Source of the DNA: Laetmonice hystrix
Taxonomy: Eukaryota
NCBI GenBank assembly: GCA_965235115.1
Contig: OZ249444.1
Span: 21,328,001 to 21,392,000 of the forward strand
Direction of reading: 5' to 3'
DNA: 64,000 bases
Every line of letters starts with the position of its first letter. Positions within the stretch are counted from its first letter, which is position 1. The notes below the pieces were generated by a model. The model had not been told where the DNA came from, did no database searches, and was given only the letters and a program-made list of their open reading frames with translations. The translations under genes were made by a program, and so were the position numbers. Positions 51,770-60,318 of the stretch are shown piece after piece.

Positions 51770-53341
51770 TCAAACCGTCGCAGTTTTATCTCGAATGTTC
51801 CACGTCTGCTGGGAAGGTAACTTGTTTGACGTAACCATGTCGCCGACCTCGCTGAGCATGTATTTGATAGCGTCGTCATGGTGAGAGTTAGTGAGGGGGA
51901 CGCTGTACTGGAGATACCGCATGTAGTGGTGCATTACCTGCTGCATCCTCTGAACCCAATGTTGGGGGATACTCTTGATATAATCAATTACTTTCCTATC
52001 ATCAAACATGTAGCTTTCAGGGATTGTTACCACAAACTTCTCATAGGGGACGTACCGCTCAAACGGGTACTTGACGGGGTGTTTTAAACGGAATACAACC
52101 GGGATACAACCACTGAGTACGGAGTCGTAGAAGGTTCTCTCTATACTCGAGGACTTGCCGGGAGTTTGGAGACAGAACACGGAATGGATCATCCAGGATG
52201 TGATCAGGTAACTGTGAGTACCCCGGCATTCCTCACTTATAACCCACACCGCCTCCTGGTGGGACGAGCCGCGGAGACCTTTGAAAAACCTAGTGTGGCT
52301 CAGTTTGGTTTGGTTGACCGTGAAATCGGCCAGGATTCGGCGAGTGAGCGCGTTCGTGTGACCATTGACCCCGGCGGTGACCAAGAGGAGGACGTCACGG
52401 CGATTGTTGCGGATTGTGTATGGGATGCCGTCAGTGAGAGAGTTTAGGTGGTTGTAGGAAGGGTAGGGTAGGACAATCAGGGGTGGGGCCGACGCCTGAC
52501 GTCTCCGTAGGATTGGGTTAGGTTCTTCCTCCACCCCGGCCAGGATGATGTTACTGGCGGCAGGATGACGCAGGAGGCCGCACACTATCCCAGACAGCCG
52601 GCGTTCTGTCTGACCCACAGCCATCAGGTGCGGCTTGTGGGGAAAGTGGGGCTGAGTGGCCAAGAACCTGAAGAAGGCTTTGAGGCCCTCAACAGTCTGT
52701 CTTCGTCCTCCAGGCAGCGGGTGGCACAGACAATCCAGGCCGGCGTAATAAGGCACGTAGAACACGTCCGCCTCGGAGGCGTTCAGAGTCCGGTAGGGGG
52801 ACAGCAGGAGCTTATGGTGGACGATTAGTTCGAGCGAGTGTCGCCAGGTGTCGTGCAGGTACATGTGGACGGTGTTATTGGTCAGCCGTCGCCCCAGGCC
52901 GCAGTGATCAGTGTTATAACAACCCCGTCTGACATGAACCTCCGGACAGTTTGCTAGAGCTTGGTTAAAACGGACCGGCAGGTCGTAGACGAAGATTTTG
53001 TATGGTGTGTTGGGGGACAGGGTGGGAAAGGTTTTGTCAAGGGTGACGTCACAGTGCTGGGAGAAGGCGCGGAACATGGCGGACCCGTAGCGGGAGGGGA
53101 GAACGCCCCGCTCCAGCACGACAGTATCCTGTTGGAGTTTCTGTATCTGGAGCTGGTTCTCTGTGAGTTTACTGGAGACGTACGTGTTGTTGTGGCGGGG
53201 ACGGCTGCTCCAGGCGGTGTTGCTGTGGTGGTGACCGTGGAGGCTGGCGATGAAAGCATACTGGAGGACGACGGACAGGAGGACCAGTGAGAGGAGCGGT
53301 AGGAGGAGAGAGGCAGAACACCAGCGGACCGACCACCGCAT
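51770..53341 (-). CDS. Exostosin-family (GT47) glycosyltransferase, MUR3/KATAMARI1-like, Golgi type II membrane protein; 523 aa, single coding exon
   Basis: Only long clean ORF in the window. First in-frame ATG at 53341 (MRWSVRWCSASLLLPLLSLVLLSVVLQYAFIA, signal anchor); an in-frame TAA at 53449-53447 blocks upstream extension. GT47 motifs KIFVYDLPVRFN, GLGRRL, RTLNASEADVFYVPYYAGLD, FCLQ..G.....FYDSVLSGCIPVVF. GC-richer than the flanks. Confidence 0.9.
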   Translation of the reverse strand: MRWSVRWCSASLLLPLLSLVLLSVVLQYAFIASLHGHHHSNTAWSSRPRHNNTYVSSKLTENQLQIQKLQQDTVVLERGVLPSRYGSAMFRAFSQHCDVTLDKTFPTLSPNTPYKIFVYDLPVRFNQALANCPEVHVRRGCYNTDHCGLGRRLTNNTVHMYLHDTWRHSLELIVHHKLLLSPYRTLNASEADVFYVPYYAGLDCLCHPLPGGRRQTVEGLKAFFRFLATQPHFPHKPHLMAVGQTERRLSGIVCGLLRHPAASNIILAGVEEEPNPILRRRQASAPPLIVLPYPSYNHLNSLTDGIPYTIRNNRRDVLLLVTAGVNGHTNALTRRILADFTVNQTKLSHTRFFKGLRGSSHQEAVWVISEECRGTHSYLITSWMIHSVFCLQTPGKSSSIERTFYDSVLSGCIPVVFRLKHPVKYPFERYVPYEKFVVTIPESYMFDDRKVIDYIKSIPQHWVQRMQQVMHHYMRYLQYSVPLTNSHHDDAIKYMLSEVGDMVTSNKLPSQQTWNIRDKTATV

Positions 53342-53492
53342 CACGTCTGAAAGCACAGCGTCCCATGTAGAACTAAAGAGTATTGAGGGCCCAAAATGAT
53401 GTGGTAATTTTGCCAAATAAACCTTAATGATTTTTGTCTCAGTTTGTTAGCCAGCTCAGTCTTGAAGACGGGAACCAGATGTAGGCCTTAAT

Positions 53493-53558
53493 CTGTACAA
53501 GTCAAGAATAAAGTTTACAATATTGAGTAATAGACATAATACGACCTGTACCACTCAC
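53493..53558 (-). other. Probable 66-nt 5'-UTR intron of the GT47 gene
   Basis: Minus strand reads CCAG|gtgagtgg ... ctttattcttgacttgtacag|ATTAAG: strong donor and pyrimidine-rich acceptor just upstream of the CDS. Confidence 0.6.
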
Positions 53559-53842
53559 CTGGAGGGGTTGGTATTCCATGGAAACCCTCACGTTAGCCTG
53601 ACCGTCGGTGTCTGTATATATACACTGGGTTCACCAAGTTGAGAACCGTACGTCTCTACGAGATCCGACTGGAGCATTCTACTGGTCAGACCGGCAGGCT
53701 CCCTCTGGTGGTGACTTGAGGTACTCGCCTTCTTTTGTGCAACGATCACGGAGGATGGCAGACTGCCATCGCCTGGCCTGAGCATGTTGTTTATGTTGCA
53801 AGAGAGTCAAAAGATGGGTTAGGCATTATTTAGAGAGTCAGT
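53559..53842 (-). other. Possible non-coding 5' exon of the GT47 gene
   Basis: 3' end defined by the donor at 53558; 5' end tentatively at acceptor atcttatctattgttag (53843). Contains upstream ATGs and cannot join the main ORF in frame. Confidence 0.4.
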
Positions 53843-54220
53843 CTAACAATAGATAAGATGGGATGCCGTCATTTTCCCCAGAGGAAGCAGAAATAAAAAT
53901 AGAAACATTGTTAATTTAAGTGGATACAAGTAAATGTGAAAGAAGATTTGTTCGGGATAAACAGATCCCCCAAAATGGTCGCATACACTGGCTGTCCATA
54001 CCCTAAAAGAAGCACATTTATCTGGTCGCATAGACCTAGATTCGGTCCATGTCGGTGGTGAAGTAAGAAGTGTATGGAAAAAGGCCTTAGTTACAAGTGG
54101 GCGGAAGTCACAGTGTATGTGCATATACATACGGAGCAACATTTACTGTGTTATTCAGTAAACTATTGTTCAGTTTTTATCAAGGTCAGAAAACATTAGA
54201 TACGTAATGCCAATGCACAC

Positions 54221-54383
54221 AGACGCAGCACAGCGCGTAGCAGGAAAGTATCAGTACGGAGACGTATGCAACACGCCGCCAGAATCGCATTGAGGGAGCG
54301 ATCTTTGCTGCAGGCACTCAGTGCGCTGGAGCAGTGTGTATGCGATTAAAATATGACGTGCTGCAACGCGGTGTGCTGCGTCT
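54221..54383. mobile_element. Short fold-back / MITE-like element
   Basis: 23-bp inverted repeat (agacgcagcacagcgcgtagcag / ctgcaacgcggtgtgctgcgtct, 2 mismatches) enclosing an inner 8-bp inverted pair aatcgcat/atgcgatt; no clear target-site duplication. Confidence 0.45.
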
Positions 54384-55669
54384 CTCATAACTTTAACCGT
54401 TACCTCCCAACTCGTACCCGTACCCGTATCCTTTGCGCACTAATCAACGTCAAATGACGTCTTGTTTGTAAGACCTGCCTTCAGCCGCCTCCCGTGGGGC
54501 TGTTTCTGCCTTTACGTTCAACGTGATTTATTCATAGAGTAGTATACATATGCCAGATTAGGTTCCCAGTTGAAGATCTATTATTCAAGCAGAACTATCC
54601 TTTTAGATTGGCTCACCTTATTTAAGGGGCCTCCTTGCACTACTAATTTATATGACATAGCGCGCCTTTATTGCAATATGAGACAAGAAAGGCCAACATT
54701 TTTTGTTGGCCTTTAATTTCGTAGAAATTAATTACAGTGGGTGATGGTCGATATTTCCGTGCCATGAGGTACCATTGTGACGTACCTGACGAGAGGCTGG
54801 AAGCAGGAGGGAGGTGGAAGGGCATTGTTTCCTGAAGGACAACCCCCTATTGTTAGTACTTGCCAGTTCACGTGCTCTCTCTCTCTGTTTACAGTATTAA
54901 CCTTGATGTACGCCAACAGCATACAGTAATTGGATCAAACTCATTGGCTGTAGAGAACTGACCCCCTTGGCCGTAAAATGAGATCGGTCCACTAAATATG
55001 ACTTTACACAGGCGAACGATGGGGTTAGTCTAAGGTTATACTGTGGAATGAGTGGGAGGGAGGAATTACTAGTAGACCGACTATTGGGAATTTTCTGACA
55101 ATAATAGTACATGTATTGTTTAATTGGGGGTTTTATTTTTGATTTAGCTGGAAGTCAAGTACATTCTTGGGGTGCGGGTTGAGTTCCGTTACCATCCACA
55201 GAGGTCGGAATGGGAACCAATGCTTGATTTGTTGCAATGTTTTAGCGTTAGGGAAAACCGCAGTAGGACTAGTGGCACCGCCTGTTAGAAACGGCCACCT
55301 ATTAGTCCTGGTTTTTCTATACTTTAAAAAACGGTACTCGGAGCCAGTTGAACGAAGTCGGGGCCAGAAAACTGGTTGAATGGAGTCAAAGTTGGGTCGG
55401 ACTAGGGCTCAGGTCCTAAAAACTTAAGGGATTGATTAAGCTTAAGGCTAACGCTTCTGGTTGGCTGGTCTAAGCTGGACATGTTTGATCGGTTTTGCTT
55501 TCAGTTATGAGTACTGCCCCAGTATTATATATGTATGACCCCTCAAGGTACTGTACTGACTATTGTTTGTTGTTATATAGCCAGTGGCAGTGTCTGTGAA
55601 GATCTAGGATTGAAACTGTTTGTGGTCAGTGGGGACTAACCATGACCTATATCTCTGTGTTTATTACAG

Positions 55670-55774
55670 CAAAAAGCAATGGGCTCCGTGCTGTTCTCGG
55701 AGGTCACCAAGAGACTACAACTTTTGGAACAGGACTACTTCGACCTTGAGTTTATCGACATGAACGGAAACCCG
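55670..55774 (+). CDS. FARP1/2: FARP-family (FERM, RhoGEF and pleckstrin domain protein) coding exon, FERM F1 lobe
   Basis: Acceptor tgtttattacag|CAAAAAGCA, donor CCG|gtgagt; 105 nt, phase 0/0; translates QKAMGSVLFSEVTKRLQLLEQDYFDLEFIDMNGNP (FERM 'L-E-DYF-LEF' motif). Confidence 0.93.
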
Positions 55775-56333
55775 GTGAGTGGATATCACAGCGGTAAATC
55801 AGAGCTCCAGGCATCTGTTAGCGTCCCAAATAAACCCAGACTGATATCAGAGGCCATTTCGTTTCAAGACCAGTGTAAGGCATTGTAACTGAGGGCCATA
55901 TTTTCATGGCGTCAACATGTCTCTGTCATCAGCTATGTATTATAAATAGCTGTCCTTGTTGACAACCTAACGTGCACAGCGTGCTGCTATTGAAGTTAAG
56001 GTGCAGTAAGAACTGTTAGCTAGTTTGAAATGATCTACTTGCTATCCCAAGCTTTGACATTTGACTCAGCTGTTTCATGGACACAGAAGGGCCATCACTG
56101 TGGGCGATCATGACTTGTACTCGTTAACATAGCTATGGAAAATAATTTAAACGGCAAACTTTTCTGGCTTGTCAGCAGTAGAATTCCACTGAACGGTTCA
56201 ATTCAAATAACTGGCATTGATTCGGTAGCGTTACAGAGGAAGTCATTTTTTTATGGCGTATCCAGTGACAAAATGGGTGAATGAAAGTAAGATGAAAGGA
56301 GATGTGATTATATTTTTGATGTTTGACCTGCAG

Positions 56334-56452
56334 TGCTGGTTGGACCATGAGAAACCCATCCTGAAGCAGCTGCCCATCAATGACCTCAACTTTAAACTCC
56401 TCGTTAAGTTCTACACTCCAGACCCTGGCCTTCTGGAGGAGGAGTATACCCG
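56334..56452 (+). CDS. FARP1/2: FARP-family coding exon, FERM F1/F2
   Basis: gacctgcag|TGCTGG ... ACCCG|gtaaga; 119 nt, phase 0/2; CWLDHEKPILKQLPINDLNFKLLVKFYTPDPGLLEEEYT(R), typical FERM 'WLD..K.I.KQ...VKFY.PDP..L.EE.TR'. Confidence 0.95.
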
Positions 56453-56722
56453 GTAAGACTCATTCTCTATCCGGCGAACAATTTACTCATCTCTAAAAGC
56501 TATACTTAAATCTTAAAATCTGAAAAAAAAAAAAAAAAAAAATGAAAAATCTATACTGACACCAAATAATCTACACAATTTATATCAGTCAGAAATTGTC
56601 TAAAAATTCTGAATCGGCACCAACTAATCTACAATATTTTGGTACCAGCTAATCTGAAAACGTTGTTATGGTAGTATTTGTTTAGTTTGTGAAAGTGAAA
56701 CGTTGATGTGTTTGTTTTTCAG

Positions 56723-56820
56723 GTACTTGTTCGCACTACAGGTGAGGCGAGACCTGGCGACAGGTGCCATGCCATGTCAGGAACACACCGCCGTCCTCCT
56801 AGCCTCCTTCATTGTGCAGG
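56723..56820 (+). CDS. FARP1/2: FARP-family coding exon, FERM F2 lobe
   Basis: tttgtttttcag|GTAC ... CAGG|gtaagt; 98 nt, phase 2/1; YLFALQVRRDLATGAMPCQEHTAVLLASFIVQ. Confidence 0.95.
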
Positions 56821-57197
56821 GTAAGTGTAGGCTATGTCCTTAGAAACCTTTAGTTTTTCTAGGGTTGGTAATTGTATCCTTATAAACCTTCAGTGTTTTG
56901 GGGTAAGTCTGCCATGATCCATGGTGTAGAGTAATAGTAATTTTTCATTCGTATATTCCTGCAGTGGTATTGTAACACTATACCATGATCTTGTCCTTAC
57001 GTAGTTGCCGTTAAATCCGTTGATTTGATTTGAGTAAATCCAGATATATAATTCCCTTGTCCATGATTAACAAGCCCTGGTTGCACCGTGTCGCAGACAA
57101 ACCCAAAGTTTCTGTCCTTATTTCCCATCTCTCACCTGTTTTTGTTGCCGTCCATTGTGACCAAGTTATGTGGATGACGGTATGATTGTTGTGACAG

Positions 57198-57321
57198 CTG
57201 AGGTCGGCGATTTCCTGGATGACGAATACCATGACCATACGTACCTGAGCCCACTCAAACTGTTGCCCAACCAGAACTCAGAACTTGAGATCAAAATCAT
57301 GGAGCACCACAAGGAACATGT
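57198..57321 (+). CDS. FARP1/2: FARP-family coding exon, FERM F2 lobe
   Basis: gttgtgacag|CTGAG ... CATGT|gtgagt; 124 nt, phase 1/2; (A)EVGDFLDDEYHDHTYLSPLKLLPNQNSELEIKIMEHHKEH(V). Confidence 0.93.
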
Positions 57322-57618
57322 GTGAGTACCTGTTCAGACCTCAGACCGTGTATGTCATGGCAACTGTGGTATAACATCATCTGAGACTGCCAGAGGCTAT
57401 TCAGCAGACACAGTAACATATTCTTCACTGATTTCAGTGAAATTCTGTTTTGCTTTAAAAATGCAAATTTTGTGGACATATCTGTATTTTCATGGTGGAT
57501 GTCGTCTGTGATTCTAGTAACCTCATCTATATCGCTTATTTGAAATCCTTGACCTGAGGTGAATAAGAAAAGCCTGCGGTCAGTTGGAAGGTGCTGAAAC
57601 TGTGTATATTGGTTCTAG

Positions 57619-57706
57619 GGGTCAGTCGCCAGCCGAGGCCGACTTCAACCTGTTGGATACGGCGCGCAAGGTCGAACTGTACGGTATTCGCATGCACCAG
57701 GCCAAG
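57619..57706 (+). CDS. FARP1/2: FARP-family coding exon, FERM F2-F3 junction
   Basis: ggttctag|GGGTCAG ... GCCAAG|gttagc; 88 nt, phase 2/0; GQSPAEADFNLLDTARKVELYGIRMHQAK, close to the recalled vertebrate FARP '[29 protein letters not shown]'. Confidence 0.95.
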
Positions 57707-59097
57707 GTTAGCACCATCGTCACTAGAGGGAGCCAGGGGAAGGGGACGGGCACCATCAGATATCATACCAGTTGGTTAGAAATCATGCTACACAAAACTA
57801 GAAGCACCAGGCTGGGTGAACAAATGTGAAAACTTGGATAAATCGAGCAATTAATAATGATGTTTAATACAACTACCTGTAAGTTTTGTTTGTCGTCTAC
57901 CCAGAACGAAATGCTTTGAGTATATTCTGTTGCATGCCCCAGTGTTTGTATAGCAAGTCTGACCATGGCCTTTCCGAAGACCGTTTGTTTGGCCCCTTTT
58001 GCATGGTCACTTATTACAGAAACAAAACTGCTTTGGAAACATCATTTCTGACTTTTGAAGGTGTGTGGAGAAAAGTGTAACAAAGATTTGACCAGTGGCT
58101 TGGTAGAAAACATCTGAAGAGGAATGAGTTTTCCCCTGTGGTTGGGTTATTCTTTAGTTGGTAGAGACGTAAACATTTTTGTATTGTTGGTGTGTTATGT
58201 GTAAAGCATCGTGCCTGAGAGCTGCAATTTTAGTTCAGATTATTGCCACTTGGGGTCCTTCTCGTGCATCGCTGAACGAAGAGTGGTGGAACTAGGGGAA
58301 GTAAGCAAGTAATGGCAGGCAATTTATGGCACACAGTCTTTTTCTATATTTACTTATTTACTGTCTTATTTATTTATTTTCCTGGCAAGTAACTGATTTT
58401 TTCTTGTCGAGCACTGTCCTTAGAATACCATAAATAGTAGGCACCGGAAGTAAGCAGAACATGACTACAAAGATTGAGAATTCTAGAGAAGAAGGAGAGG
58501 AAGAATAATAATTCATTTTTTTAAGATGAAAAGCTAGTGCACTGAAGTACATTTAAACTTGAATTTATAAGTTGAAGGAAAGGTGGTATTGATCAATTAA
58601 CCTTGAAACTGACGTTGTTCGATGGTACGGTAGAAGTCAAGAGTTTTATCATTTCCATAGAGTGATAGAATATCCTGGTCTTATTGCTGGGTTATTGCTG
58701 ACGAATTATTTAAGATATAACGTTACCCAAGTCTCAAGTGAACTCCATTCGCAATCTTGATGGAGTGGAATATCCAAATCAAATAGTGGTAAATGGAAAT
58801 CATAAATAAAAATAATAAAACTAGTTGATACAATTTAACGGTTTAGTGTGATTACGCTCATGACAATGACACCCGAGTTCGCAGTTTACAGAATTATGTA
58901 CATATTTGACAAGTCGCCTTACTGTCAGTATAAGTTACCACTAGACGTTTGATAGAAGATCAAGGTGTAGCATTTACTTTGTCATTCCAAATTTCCAAAG
59001 TTGTCGTTGCAAGATGTCTGTGGCCGAGGTAGTCACGGCCCGGGCCTGTCCCAGAGTGGCCCGACTGGTGCAATGGCTTTACTCGTTCTGATTTCAG

Positions 59098-59130
59098 GAG
59101 TTCGACGATGATTCTGACTCAGATGGTGGA
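59098..59130 (+). CDS. Candidate 33-nt in-frame cassette exon of the FARP gene (EFDDDSDSDGG)
   Basis: ctcgttctgatttcag|GAGTTCGACGATGATTCTGACTCAGATGGTGGA|gtgagt; phase 0/0, matching the flanking exons; no stop. Sequence signals only, no transcript evidence. Confidence 0.5.
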
Positions 59131-60162
59131 GTGAGTAAAAGGCTGTGGTTTGCGGCAGCATGTGCTCAGACTGTTCAATTTATTCCCTGTATTTAAAGGA
59201 AAAACAAACGCCCCCGAAAAAAGCTACTCACAAATTCTTCTGTCCGTTTCTCTTGAAGAAAAAATGCATTCTTGTGATTTTACTGACAAATGTACATTTT
59301 CTTCTGTTTTGATGTTTCCCTGAGTTCTTCCAACTACTGACAGTTTTTTGCACCGGGATTGCCGCCTGACGATTGTCTCTGTTGTTCTGTATTTATTCTT
59401 CCATTGACAGCCCTGGTCTGTTCGGTTCCTATCCAGGTTTGGTTTGTTCATACATCTGCTGTCTTGGTTAACCATTCTGTTCTGTCATCATCAATGTCAA
59501 CATGTTGCCATCTTGAGTTGGGCCTGATGCCAAGTGCCGAGTTGACTGAGCCTGATGTGCTTCTAGTATGGTTAAGCCAGCTGTCACCTTGCCAACCTTA
59601 TCACCATAGCAACCATAGCCTGGTTATTGTATATCTTAGAATGTTGTACAAAACGTATTAACATTTTTCAAACCAGGATTAAAGTAAGGCGGAAATATAG
59701 AGTTGAGAATATGTAAACTTACCGGTTCTCTGTTTGAGATTCGTTGCTGTACGGTTGGGAGAGATGGGATCCAATGATTTTAGAAAATCAGACTGGAAGA
59801 CTAATGAAATGCCGTCGGAGGGGCTATCGGCGGTTCCCGGGAATTTTTACAAAAAACTTCCCTGACATGCTTTACCAGAGTTCACACAAGTCAAATAATC
59901 GAATATTCAAGAATCTTTTTCAAGAGTGAAACAATACAGGATGTGGTAGAATTTGTTCTCAGTAAGATTTTTTGGGGTTGGGGGGTTGGGGTGGGGTGGT
60001 TGTTTATCAGGTGAACGTTCTCCCGTTGCCAGGGTGCTTTCCATTACCCTGTGGTCAGTGGACAGCAGGGAGCTCGTGGACTAAGGGCAGTGTGTGTAGA
60101 TTGTGTAGGAGTAGCTGTGTGACTGACTGCTGTAATGTGTGTTTGATGTGTTGTATTTACAG

Positions 60163-60318
60163 GACCACGAGGGAGTGAATCTGAACCTGGCAGTAGCTCA
60201 CATGGGAGTACTAGTCTTCCAGAATACTACCAAGATCAACACTTTCTCATGGGCCAAAATACGCAAACTCAGCTTCAAACGCAAAAAGTTCCTGATCAAG
60301 TTACACCCAGAAGGATAT
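60163..60318 (+). CDS. FARP1/2: FARP-family coding exon, FERM F3 (PTB-like) lobe
   Basis: tgtatttacag|GACCAC ... GGATAT|gtaagt; 156 nt, phase 0/0; [52 protein letters not shown]. The six exons total 690 nt = 230 codons with no stop. Confidence 0.95.

Noticed and set aside
53342-53416. TTG start given by the ORF track for the 548-aa ORF
   Set aside because: Eukaryotic gene; the first in-frame ATG (53341) directly precedes the signal anchor.
55581-55624. Exon-like segment just upstream of the first FARP exon found
   Set aside because: It would leave a 45-nt intron and encodes nothing FERM-like.
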